From positions 1 through 38,431 of IMG/VR virus record IMGVR_UViG_3300045988_147738: a stretch of 38,431 nucleotides of DNA; one strand, written 5' to 3'. The stretch comes from a virus. The notes under the pieces were generated by a model that saw nothing but the letters and a program-made list of their open reading frames with translations, made no database searches and was not told where the DNA came from. Both the position numbers and the translations under genes were made by a program. How positions within the stretch are numbered: position 1 is the stretch's first letter; each line of letters begins with the position of its first letter. Of this stretch, positions 15,832-26,744 are shown piece after piece.

Positions 15832-16250
15832 CTCCTTTGATAGTGCTATTATACCACGTTTCAGGATGCGTGTCTATTGGCAGAATACACAAATTTGTGA
15901 GAGATTTTTTGTGGAGTTTGTATTTATTGCGAATGAGGACCGCGACGCCCATTCGCGGTCCTGCGAGTTGAGGGGCTGTATTGGGGATGGTCTAGCCTTT
16001 CCACGTGCGCCAAGCCCAAGAAAGTCTCGATAGTGTTCAGATTTTTTCTCAGATAAAAACCGACCGGGGGGGGTGGGTTTCGGGAAAAAATTTTTTTTGA
16101 TTTTTATTTTTTTGTTTGGCTGGTACAAACTCTCACCAAAACTTTTTTCAATTCAAATAACGGTAAAAAATTACTTTTTAATTTTATTTCTACCAAAAAA
16201 CCAGATAGGAAAAAATAAAATTAATCCTATTAATGCTAATGCTTCAAGAA

Positions 16251-16394
16251 TCATTTTTTATTCTCCTTCTTAGGACGACCACGTTTAGGATTTTCGCCCC
16301 ATACAATTTGATGAACTGCTTTAGTAGCATAATAATTAGCTTTTTTCTGCATTTTAGCAGCGAGGGCATTTCCAAAGCTTTTATATTTAGGCAT
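16251..16394 (-). CDS. 47-aa basic peptide (not in the ORF track)
   Basis: MPKYKSFGNALAAKMQKKANYYATKAVHQIVWGENPKRGRPKKENKK. Its start overlaps the stop of the upstream AbrB-like gene (taATGtaatATG). Confidence 0.4.
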   Translation of the reverse strand: MPKYKSFGNALAAKMQKKANYYATKAVHQIVWGENPKRGRPKKENKK

Positions 16395-16395
16395 A

Positions 16396-16713
16396 TTACA
16401 TTACTCCATTAATAGCATCGGTTAATTTTTGAGGAATTTCAATTCCTAAATCATCTAATACTTCTTTAGCACGTAAATACTCTATTCTACTACCATATCG
16501 TTTACTCACTCGCACTCCAACATAAACTTCACCATTATATTCAATAGTATAAAATTCCATACGGTCGCCAGGAGTAATACCATATTTTTGTCTTAAATTT
16601 TTAGGAAAAACAAGACGGCCTAAACTATCAACCTAATGAATAGAACCTTCATTATGAACTATTGCTTGGCCTTCTCGCATTACAATATCAAAATAATTTT
16701 TTCCATCTTCCAT
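16396..16713 (-). CDS. AbrB/MazE-type (SpoVT-AbrB domain) DNA-binding protein with an in-frame TAG at 16633-16635
   Basis: VDSLGRLVFPKNLRQKYGITPGDRMEFY matches the AbrB swapped-hairpin motif (VDELGRVVIPIELRRTLGI...GD.LEIY). GGAGGAG ribosome-binding site. The domain is in frame only if TAG at codon 27 is read through. Confidence 0.55.
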
Positions 16714-16717
16714 AAAA

Positions 16718-17011
16718 TCACTTCTCCTCCATTATATGACATTTTTCTCCAGAAGATTTAATGATATGCCAAATATACTCACCATCATTAATAACTCCTA
16801 AATACTTGTCATTATTATTTACATATTTATCCAGTTCCCAACCTGTGCCAACAGCATTAATTTGAAAATATTTTTTGGGTGCTTTTTCATCATAAACTGC
16901 CCATACGCATGGATTATTATTTACATCTAATCCAGTAGATACAATATCAGTCAGATGATCCATAATATGAGTTGACCCTGGAGTTTCAATTAAATATTTA
17001 TAAATCTTCAT
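16718..17011 (-). CDS. hypothetical protein (97 aa)
   Basis: Intact ORF in the AT-rich region. Confidence 0.45.
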   Translation of the reverse strand: MKIYKYLIETPGSTHIMDHLTDIVSTGLDVNNNPCVWAVYDEKAPKKYFQINAVGTGWELDKYVNNNDKYLGVINDGEYIWHIIKSSGEKCHIMEEK

Positions 17012-17012
17012 A

Positions 17013-17339
17013 TTACTCCTCTTTTAACACTTCTGCCCAAACGCGCACATCTCTATCTTCTGCATTCATTACTCGATTTTTATTATATACAAAAATAGGG
17101 CAATGTAGTGGATAACAATTTAATCGCATAATTTTAATATCAATATTATCTACATAAATAATCATATTATCTTGAACATATGGCCAATAATCTTGACCTT
17201 TACCCAATAGAATACAAGTATATCCTGCTTCAGTTAATTGTTCAAGATTAATATATTGATTAAATGACACACCCATAAATAGAATAGTAGTGCCTCGTTT
17301 AAAATTTTTCAAAATATATTTAATCTATTTTTCAGTCAT
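17013..17339 (-). CDS. hypothetical protein (about 108 aa) with an in-frame TAG at codon 5 (17325-17327)
   Basis: The ATG at 17337-17339 is in frame with the track ORF through the TAG: MTEK-TAG-IKYILKNFKRGTT... Confidence 0.4.
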
Positions 17340-17522
17340 CACCATTCCACCCTTCCGGTAAAAATATATCTAAAATTCTTTGTAATAAATCACTCGCAGC
17401 AAATATTGGGCCACCAATAAAAAATATTAAACAAACAATTAATTTATTTTCACCGGCGCTTTAAATTGCATCAATATATTCAAACATTACTAATGCTGAA
17501 ATGATTATCCAAAAGATAACAA
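17340..17522 (-). other. possible short membrane-protein gene interrupted by an in-frame TAA (pseudogene, two tiny ORFs or sequencing error)
   Basis: The minus-strand frame gives VIFWIIISALVMFEYIDAI-TAA-SAGENKLIVCLIFFIGGPIFAASDLLQRILDIFLPEGWNGDD-TGA, hydrophobic throughout. Confidence 0.2.
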
Positions 17523-17921
17523 TTACATAGGCTCCCAAAAATATTCACCATCCTTATATTTATTTACTCGAACATTGTGGACTAATATTCTTATAGAGCC
17601 ATCTTCTTCCAGTTGATTGGCGTATCCAGGCGGTGGCGGGCCCTTGGACAAAACTGAATAAGCGATTATATTAGAATTTTCATAATTAGAGAAGTCTGTA
17701 ATTTTTGCGGATTCTTTCGCATTAAATTGGAGATGTAATAGCAAACAACAAGGGAAACTTTCTTCAATGTTATTTGCATCTCCATAATAATCTGCTATTA
17801 AATTATATTTTTGTTCAATGTTTTCAGGGTCAAGAAGTTTAGCGACTCCTTTTGTAAACAATATATTATATATAATAGATAATATTAATAATATACTTAA
17901 TATAATAATAGCAATTACCAT
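17523..17921 (-). CDS. membrane-anchored hypothetical protein (132 aa)
   Basis: N-terminal transmembrane segment MVIAIIILSILLILSIIYNILF. AAAAGGAGA ribosome-binding site. Promoter reverse complement TTGACAataaaaaaaattttttgTATTAT at 17945-17990. Confidence 0.5.
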   Translation of the reverse strand: MVIAIIILSILLILSIIYNILFTKGVAKLLDPENIEQKYNLIADYYGDANNIEESFPCCLLLHLQFNAKESAKITDFSNYENSNIIAYSVLSKGPPPPGYANQLEEDGSIRILVHNVRVNKYKDGEYFWEPM

Positions 17922-18036
17922 AAACTTCTCCTTTTATTTTTTATTATAATAATAATACAAAAAATTTTTTTTATTGTCAAATTTTTTCCAATTAATAGTA
18001 TCGTTTAAAAATTTTTTAAATGCATTTATTAAAATT

Positions 18037-18066
18037 TGACACCTGGAAAAATTTTTTGTATAATGA
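18037..18066 (+). promoter_or_regulatory. consensus sigma70-type promoter for the late/structural operon
   Basis: TTGACAcctggaaaaattttttgTATAAT, followed by a GGAGG ribosome-binding site and the ATG at 18090. Confidence 0.6.
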
Positions 18067-18089
18067 AAACGTAAAAAAATCTGGAGGTA

Positions 18090-19152
18090 ATGATGATAAA
18101 ATTAGATTATTCCTTACAAACTCCAGAAGAAAGAAATGAATTAGTCAAGAAAATATTAGAGGAAACCCCAGACCCCTCTCCTCGATATTTAGAAATATTA
18201 GGGGACTATATCATTCTTTGTATGGAGAAACAAGAGAAAAAGGAGCGTAAATTATTAACTGATAATCGTATGGCAACAGTTAATAAACGTGAAACATCTT
18301 TTGAAGGTCTTGTTTCCCAATTTGAGAATGGCGAAGATGGAATTTATAATTTAATTACTGAAAATAAAAATACAATATTTTAGCCTAAAATTACAATTAC
18401 TAAAAAAGATATAGAAGAAATACCTCATTTAAAATAGTTAAGAGACGCCATTACTACTTGGGAAGCCAAATTACGAGTTAGCGAAGGACGCAAGGCATTT
18501 ATAATTAAACGTGCTATTATTGAAATGCGTAAAGATTAGTATGTTATTAAAAATGCAGTTCGTCGTCCAATTGTTATGACTAAAATTACTCGTTCAAGAA
18601 ATTTTATTCCATTAGAGGACACGACTTGCATTTTTGATGATGATGGTTATCCAATCCCGGATGGCGTTTCACTCTTAGACCCTAGAGTATGTTCTGCAAT
18701 TTTATGTAATTATTCTCGTTTAAAACAAGATAGTTGGGGAGATTTTGAAAGAGATTTATGGTATATTATGGAAGATTTCGATAATTTATGTACCATTGCT
18801 CTTAAAGATTACCCTTTATATGATAGAATAGTTGAATATAAAATTGATGGATTATAGAATATAGACATTCAAAAGAAAATTCAAGAGGAATTTAATATTA
18901 CTCATAGTTTAGAATATATTTCTAGTTTATGGCGTAATAAAATTCCAAAATTAATCGCCTCTGCGGCTGAAGACCAATACCTATATGATTATTATTTACA
19001 TAAAGCAAAAGGTAAATATAAAAAATGTAGTCGCTGTGGGCAAATTAAATTAGCACATAATAAATATTTTAGCAAAAATAAAACTAGTAAAGATGGTTAT
19101 TATAGTATTTGTAAAAAATGCCGTAATGCTAAGAACAAGGGCAAACAGTTAT
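18090..19152 (+). CDS. hypothetical protein (about 353 aa) with a C-terminal CxxC...CxxC zinc ribbon; 4 in-frame TAG
   Basis: Track ORFs 18090-18383 and 18576-18857 are in the same frame and are joined by reading through TAG. No TAA or TGA occurs until 19150. Confidence 0.55.
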
Positions 19153-19196
19153 AATTTTGAGATGCCTGTTATTGGATAGATATAAGGAGGAAAATT

Positions 19197-20393
19197 ATGA
19201 CTGTAGATAATGATAAAAAAGTATATTATTGCGAACGATGTAATAGAACTATGGGCGCTGACCAGTTTTATACATCTAATAATTTAGAAAAATATCCAAA
19301 TGATGGAAAACTCTCTCAATGTAAAAAATGTATTACAATGCTTGTAGATAATTGGAATCCAGAAACTTATATGTGGATTCTACAAGAAATTGATGTACCT
19401 TATGTTCCAGATGAGTGGAGTAAATTAATGGTAAAATATGGACAAGATAAATCTAAATTAACTGGTATGAGTATTTTAGGTAGATATTTGTCCAAAATGA
19501 AACTTAAACAATATAGAGATTATCGATGGAAAGATTCTGAGTTTTTATAGGAAGTGGCTAATAATAAATTAGAACAAACTATGAAACGCCAAGGCTATGA
19601 TGCTCAGCAAATAGCAACAGCTATTGCTAAATCTACTGTCGCTATTCCAGAAGAAGAATTAAAACCTTACACTCCTGAATTACCAGAACGTTTTAGAGAT
19701 GGTGATGATTATTTTGATCAATAGAATGGTATTGAACATGACCCAGCAGATGACCTCGATTTAACAGAAGAAGATATTTTATATCTTCGTATGAAGTGGG
19801 GTAAAGCATATAAACCTGAAGAATGGGTTAAACTAGAGCAACTCTATGAAGAAATGATGAGTTCTTACGATATCCGCGGCGCTGGTCATATTGATACATT
19901 AAAATTAATTTGTAAGACATCCTTAAAAGCAAACTAGTTGATCGATATTGGTGATATCGAAGGTTTCCAAAAGATGAGCAAGGTTTATGATAGTCTAATG
20001 AAATCAGGTAATTTCACCGCCGCTCAAAACAAAGCAGATACAGGAGAAGCATTTGATTCTATTGGAGAATTAGTGGCCATGTGTGAAACTGAAGGATTTA
20101 TTCCTCGGTATTATACAGAAGGTCCAAAAGATAAAGTTGATGAAACTTTACAAGATTTAAAGAATTATACACACACATTAGTCACTGAAGAGATGAATCT
20201 AGGTAATCTCATTGAAGGGGCTATTAAGAAAATGCAAGAAGAAGAAAATAAAGAAGAAGACCAAGATATTGAAGAAGATTTAACGATGGAAGAAATCGAT
20301 CATCTTAAAGATGAAGATTTAATTGAATATAATGATTTCCTTGAAGAAGAGTCTGAAATAGACGCTCAGACTTTAAGGAATTTAGAAGGATAA
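19197..20393 (+). CDS. hypothetical protein (about 398 aa, N-terminal CxxC pair, acidic C-terminus), possible small terminase or DNA-binding partner; 3 in-frame TAG
   Basis: Track ORFs 19197-19550 and 19938-20393 share a frame. The in-between sequence has no TAA or TGA. Confidence 0.45.
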
Positions 20394-20394
20394 T

Positions 20395-22128
20395 ATGGCT
20401 TTATAGGATTTACTTGATTTATCTTAGAAGCGTAAAAAGATTGGAATTTCAGAGGACCGTCTTCGTGCGATTATACCAGAAGCAAGATAGTACATAGCCT
20501 TTTGGAGAGAATACCCAGATATGTTTATCGACTTCATGGCAGGACCTGATGGCGGCCCTCAACATTTTAAACTCTATTTTTATTAGAGAATCTTTTTGCG
20601 CGCTGCGATGCGTCATAAATATATTTATGCTGTATTCCCTCGTGCTTATTCAAAATCTTTTTTATCAATGATAGTCTTAATGTGTCGTGCGATTCTATAT
20701 CCTAGATGTAAATTATTTATTACTTCTGGTGGTAAAGAACAAGCGGCTGGAATTGTAAAAGAAAAAGTTCAAGAAATTTGTACTCTTATTCCTGCATTTT
20801 AGAAAGAAATAGATTGGCGTCGTGGTTAGACACTTGAAGGTAAGGATTATGTTAAATATGTATTTAAAAATGGTTCATATTTTGATAATATTGCTGCAAG
20901 AGAATCTTCTCGTGGTAAACGTCGCCATGGTGGTTTAATTGAAGAGTGTGTTGGCGTTGATGGGGATATTTTATCACAAGTTATTATTCCTACAATGAAT
21001 ATTTCTCGTATGTGTATGGATGGTACTACTCAACCTGATGAAACTCTTAATAAATCTCAAATTTATATTACTACTGCTGGATATAAAAATACTTTCCCCT
21101 ATGATAAATTAATCCAATTATTAGTTTGGGAGATTGTTAAACCTTAGCAATCTATTATTATGGGTGGTACTTATCGTATTCCTGTTTTAATGAAATTGTT
21201 AGATGCGAATTTTATTAAAGACTTAAAAATGGACGGAACGTTCAATGAAAGTTCATTTGACCGAGAGTATGAAAGTAAATGGTCTGGCACAGTAGAAGAT
21301 GCATTTTTTAATGCTGAAATATTTGATAGAAATAGAATATTAAATTAGCCTGAATATGAAGCATCCGGGCGTAATTCAAAATTAGCATCTTATGTACTTG
21401 CTGTCGACGTTGGCCGTAAAGGATGCGATTCAGTTATTTGTGTATTTAAAGTAACTCCACAATCACAAGGTGGTTCAATTAAAAGTTTAGTAAATATATA
21501 TACATTATCTGATGAACATTTTGAAGACCAAACTATTAAATTAAAAAAATTATATTATAAATATAATGCTGATAGAATTGTAATTGATGGCAATGGTTTA
21601 GGAATTGGTTTAATTGATTATATGGTTAAAACATAGATTGACCCTGAAACCAATGAAATTTTCCCTGATTTTGGTGTTGTTAATGATGATGATTTATTTT
21701 ATAAAAAATATAAAACATCTAATACAGTATTAGATGCTATGTATATTATAAAAGCTAATGCGCCACTTAATACTGAAGCTCATGCGATTGCTAAATCACA
21801 ACTTGCTTCTGGAAAAGTGAAATTTTTAATTGATGAGCGTGTAGCAAAAAATAAACTTCTTGCTAAAAAGAAAGGTCAAACCATGACTCCAGAATAGAGG
21901 GCAGAAGAATTAAAACCATTTACATTAACTTCCATATTAAAAGAAGAAATGATGAATTTGCGTGAAGAAACTGAAGGAGTAAATATTATCCTGAAGCAAG
22001 CAAATAAAAGTATCCGAAAAGATAAATTTTCTGCTTTTGAATATGGATTATATTATTTAAAATTAGAAGAAGATAAAAAGAAGAAACGTAAAAAGTTTAA
22101 TGCTAAAGATTGGTGTTTCTTGAATTGA
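20395..22128 (+). CDS. terL: terminase large subunit (about 577 aa) with about 10 in-frame TAG
   Basis: ATG at 20395 with a GAAGGA ribosome-binding site. Walker A-like FPRAYSKS and a LIEEC Walker B-like acidic patch. RNaseH-like nuclease region YVLAVDVGRKGCDSVICVF...IVIDGNGLG. Track ORFs 20596-20802 and 21160-21348 fall in the same frame. TGA stop. Confidence 0.7.
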
Positions 22129-22138
22129 GGAGGTAATT

Positions 22139-22495
22139 ATGAGAGCGTCTAGAGGCGAAATTAAAATTGAAGAGATTTTGCGACAAGCTGAATTACCATT
22201 TAAGATGGAATATATTTTTCCAGATTTGAAGGCACCAAGTGGTAGACCCTTACGTTTCGATTTTGTTGTTTTTGATGATGATGGTAGAATTGATTTTATT
22301 ATTGAATATTAGGGTAAATAGCACTATGAGCCTAGCGCAAAATTTGGTGGTAAAAAAGGTTTATATCAACAACAATATAATGATAATCAAAAACGACGTT
22401 TTTGTGCTTTACATGATTTTAAATTAATAGAGATTCCTTATACAGATGAAAATCTTATTACATATGATTATATAATGCAATTAGCTGGATATTAA
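22139..22495 (+). CDS. PD-(D/E)xK (DUF559/Vsr-like) endonuclease-fold protein (118 aa); 2 in-frame TAG
   Basis: RFDFVVFDDDGRIDFIIEY-Q-GKQHY fits the hhhD...hhE.G.QH core. GAGGAGG ribosome-binding site. Confidence 0.4.
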
Positions 22496-22507
22496 GGAGG
22501 TGGAATT

Positions 22508-24169
22508 TTGGATACTAAAGAATTATCACGTTAGGAAATCATCCACTCCAAAGGATTTAATATCAGCAATGGAACAAGTGATTATCGAACTGCTGATCCA
22601 ACAGAATATCGTAAGATAAAAGTCGGGGTTCAAACATTAGATGATGCTGTATTAGATTTAGGGTCATTTGCTCGACTATATCCTAATCGTCGTGGTCCAT
22701 GCCGCATGGTCACTAAAAATGATGTATTACGAGCTATGATAAATCGTGATATTGTTGAAATGCGTAGAATTTCTAATTTATTTTATGATATTAGCGGCAT
22801 TTATGAGCGAGTATGTAATTATTTTGCTTATTTGTATAGATATGATTGGTATGTCGCTCCAGAGATTTTAGATGATACGGTAAAAGATGAAAAAGTTTTA
22901 AAAGATTTTTCAAAGTTATTAAATTATTTAGATAATACTTATATTAAAAAAATCTGCGGTGATATTGCTCAAAGTATTATGAAAAATGGTTGTTATTATG
23001 GATATATAGTACAATCTGCAAATAGTTTAATGTTACAAGAATTGCCTGCTAGTTATTGTCGTTCTAGATATTTTGTGGCTGGTATGCCAGCGATTGAGTT
23101 TGATATGCGGTTTTTTGATTAGTTTCCAGACCCTAATTATCGTATGCGCGTATTAAAATTATTTCCTGAAGAATTTTAGCGTGGATATGTTTTATATAAG
23201 AAAGGAAAATTACTTCCTGATATTAAGGGAGATTATAGTGGAAGTTGGTATTTACTATCTCCAGAATTAAGTGTGAAATTTAATTTTAATGGTAGCGATA
23301 CTCCACCATTTATTAATTCTATTCCTGCTCTTATGGATTTAGATGCTGCTCAAGATTTAGACCGCAGAAAACAAATGTAGAAGTTGTTAAAAATTATTGT
23401 TCAAAAACTTCCTATGGATAAAAATGGTGATTTAATATTTGATATTGATGAATCTCGTGATATACATAATAATGCTGTTGCTATGTTATCAAGAGCCATT
23501 GGCGTTGATGTTTTAACAACATTTACTGATGTTCAATCTATTGATTTATCAGATAAAAATACTACAACTACTACAGATGATTTAGCAAAAGTTGAACGTA
23601 CTGTTTATAATAATTTAGGTATTTCTCAAAATCTATTCAATACTGATGGTAATTTATCATTAGAGAAGTCTATTCTTAATGATGAATCAACTGTTAGAAA
23701 CTTGTTGTTGCAATTTAACATTTTTTTTGATAGAATAGTAAAGATGAAAGTTGCGAACAATAAGAAATATAGTTTTAAATTTTATATGCTTGAAACTACA
23801 CAATATAATTATAAAGAAATGTCAAAATTATATAAAGAACAAACGCAACTTGGTTATTCTAAGATGCTACCTCAAATTGCTCTTGGTCACTCTTAGAGTT
23901 TTATTTTAAATACTGCGGTGTTTGAAAATGATGTGTTGAAATTAACTGAAATTATGATCCCACCATTAATGTCTTCTACTATGAGTAGTCAAGATGTTTT
24001 GGGTAATAAAGGTTCAAACAATTAGAATAAAACACAAAATAATCCAGGAAGTAGTAATCAATAGACTACTACAAAACAGACTACTGAAACAAAATAGTCT
24101 GGGCGACCTGAAAAGGCTGATGATTAGAAAAGTGAAAAAACCATAAAAAATAAAGAGTCAATGAATTAA
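22508..24169 (+). CDS. putative portal protein (about 553 aa) with about 9 in-frame TAG
   Basis: Size and position directly after terL. Track ORFs 22706-23122 and 23384-23896 share a frame. TTG start with an AAGGAGG ribosome-binding site. Only TAG interrupts the frame. Confidence 0.5.
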
Positions 24170-24180
24170 GGAGGTAAATC

Positions 24181-25773
24181 ATGAAGCATCAAAGTATTAA
24201 ACTTGAAACGCCTTGTGAATTTATTAATGTAACTCCTATTAATCCTTTGATTTCTAAATGCCAAATTAAAGTTTGCTACGTTGGGGATGAACCAAATCGC
24301 AATCGAAGCATTATTTCTAAAGAAACTGCAAGGGAGATGGCTAATAGTCTCCCTGGCAGTCCTATTGTTGGTTTTTACAATGAATCTAATGGAGATTTTG
24401 AGGAACACAATAGAATTATTGATATTTCAAATGGAAAGTTTGAAATGAAAGATACTACTAAACCTTATGGTTTTGTAGATTTAGGTGCCAAGGTTTGGTT
24501 TTAGAAATTTTTAGATGATGGCGTTAATGAACATGAATATCTTATGACTGAAGGATATTTATGGACCGGCCAATATCCAGAATGTAAGCGCATCATTGAG
24601 CAAGGCAATAATCATTCTATGGAGCTCGATGAAGGTACTTTAGATGGAACTTGGACGAAAGATAATAATGGAAAGCCGTAGTTTTTCATTATTAATGAAG
24701 CAATTATTTCTAAACTTTGTATTTTAGGAGAAGAGTGTGAACCTTGCTTCGAAGGCTCCTCTATTACAAAGTTTTCTCTTTCATTTGATGATAGTTTTAA
24801 AAATGAACTATACTCAATGATGAATGAACTAAAAGAATTATTAAAAGAAGGAGGAGCAAAAGTGTTTAATAGATATGCCGTAGAAATCGGAGATTCTCTA
24901 TGGAGTGCTTTATGGGAATATGTAAATAAGGCTTTCCCTGATGGCTCTAACAATTATTGCTCTAAATATCGTATTGATGGCGTTTTTGAAGATAATAGTC
25001 AGAAATTTGCTATTCTTCAAGACCGCGGCGATATGAAATATTATCGTTTAAACTTTTCTTTGAATGATTCTGATGGTCTTGTTCCTGGCGAAGGTTTAAT
25101 TGAAGTAACTAAATCTTATACTCCAGCAGCAGAGCCTCAGTTTGCTTTGGACGCGGTTGAAGCATATGAAACCGAGTTTAAGAAAAAGCAAGAAGAAGAC
25201 GAAGAAAATAAAAAGACAAATGATAATAAGGGCGATAATTCTGGCGACCCTGAGAACAAAAAAGATGATGGTTCTTCTAAAAATAATGGTCAAAAGTCAG
25301 AAAATGAAGATGACGATCCTTCAGAAGATGATGAGGATAAAAAGAAAAAGAAAAAGTATTCCTTGGATGAAATTGAAGAATATGTTAGCTTAAAGGCAGA
25401 ATATGAAGAGTTGCAAAATAAATTTAGTTTATTAGAGGCTGAAAATAAAACTCTAAGCGAAACTAATACTTCTTTGACTGAGTTTAAGAATAGTATTGAG
25501 CGCAAGGACAAAGAAGCTATGATTCAATCATTCTATATGCTGTCTGATGATGATAAGAAAGATGTTATTGATAACATTGATAAATATTCTGTTGATGATA
25601 TTGAAGCAAAACTTTCTGTTATTTGTGTTCGCAACAAGGTTAATTTTAATCTTGATGATGATAATAATGATAAAGGCCCAACTACCTATAATTTAAGCAA
25701 TTTAGATGATGACAGAGATGCTGGAATGCCAGCTTGGGTCAAGGCTGTTTTAGAATCAGCCAATAAAAACTAA
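24181..25773 (+). CDS. prohead protease (U35/S78-like N-terminal domain) fused to a scaffold-like acidic coiled-coil region (about 530 aa); 2 in-frame TAG
   Basis: N-terminal CYVGDEPNRNRSII...GSPIVGFYNESNGDFEEHN resembles the HK97-family prohead protease. The C-terminal half is a D/E/K-rich low-complexity coiled coil. Track ORFs 24181-24504 and 24817-25773 share a frame. Confidence 0.5.
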
Positions 25774-25791
25774 TAAGGAGGACATACTTAA

Positions 25792-26727
25792 ATGTTTAAG
25801 GATTTTTTAAATTCTCGTTTAGGCGTTGGTAAAAATCCACCTAAGTCACAGGCTAAGTATGTTGAGTTTGGTTATGGTCAGGTTGAGCCAAATCACCTGT
25901 CTGCACAAAGAACCGCTCAAATTTATGCTCAGTTGCCTGCTAACAAGGATATTAATATTCTTGAAAACGGCCAGTTTGTCAAGTATGATTATGCTGCTAA
26001 TGCCAATGGTATTGGTGAAGTGAATTTTACTGGCAAGGGCGAGTGGATGCTAGTTTATAATGAGATTAAGTTATATCGCGATCATCCTGATGGAACTAAG
26101 CAGTGGGATTGCGAATTTGCTATGCTAAAGGATGACTATCAGGCTCGTATTTATTCTCCATATGATTGGGAGCATACCGAGGTTGAATATGGTGGACGTT
26201 TCTGGAATGGTGTTGATGAAACTGGTGCTGATCACAAGGTGCTTGAGCACACTGTTGCTTTAGACCAGGGTCTAAAGACTGTTACCATCGCTGGCGAAGT
26301 TTATGACGTTAAGGACAATAAGTTTACTTATAATGGTGTAGAGTATGAGATTGATCCTAAGACCAATCAGACTAAGACTCCTGTGCCTGTAAAGTATGCT
26401 TATGATAAGGTTTTAACTGATGTCGCTGACATTTACGAAGAGCTGACTTGGACTAATGATCCATATAAGAAGCTTGGTGTTTATCATGAGAAGCGCATGA
26501 CTCCAGGCACTGCAATGGTTCCTCGTGTCTTCAAGACTAATGTTGGTGATCATTATACTACTAATATGATTAATGAAGATAGTGTTTCTGTTGGTGATAT
26601 TTTAGCTCCAGCAGCTGCTGACGGAATTCTTGTAAAAGATGAGAGTCAGGATATGAAGTGGCAGGTTGTTAAGGTATATACTATGCCTGATGGACAACGT
26701 GGCGCTAAGATTCTACGTATTGCGTAA
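25792..26727 (+). CDS. structural protein (311 aa), possibly a capsid decoration or auxiliary capsid protein; no TAG
   Basis: Intact standard ORF with a GGAGG ribosome-binding site. GC is higher than in its neighbours. Confidence 0.45.
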   Translation: MFKDFLNSRLGVGKNPPKSQAKYVEFGYGQVEPNHLSAQRTAQIYAQLPANKDINILENGQFVKYDYAANANGIGEVNFTGKGEWMLVYNEIKLYRDHPDGTKQWDCEFAMLKDDYQARIYSPYDWEHTEVEYGGRFWNGVDETGADHKVLEHTVALDQGLKTVTIAGEVYDVKDNKFTYNGVEYEIDPKTNQTKTPVPVKYAYDKVLTDVADIYEELTWTNDPYKKLGVYHEKRMTPGTAMVPRVFKTNVGDHYTTNMINEDSVSVGDILAPAAADGILVKDESQDMKWQVVKVYTMPDGQRGAKILRIA

Positions 26728-26744
26728 GAAAGGAGAGAAGAATA

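Noticed and set aside
15680-15952. Track ORF 15680-15952(-), 90 aa
   Set aside because: It runs across the iterons, a terminator hairpin and a promoter. The real gene here is the 31-aa peptide in another frame, which has a GGAGGA ribosome-binding site.
4300-16260. Search for a suppressor tRNA in the ORF-free regions (4300-4620, 6470-6850, 14880-15735, 16040-16260)
   Set aside because: By eye no cloverleaf was found with a T-loop GGTTCRANYCC plus an anticodon loop YT-CTA-RN. The CTA-containing hairpin at 4425-4460 lacks acceptor and T arms. A suppressor is probably encoded outside this window, and this needs tRNAscan-SE.
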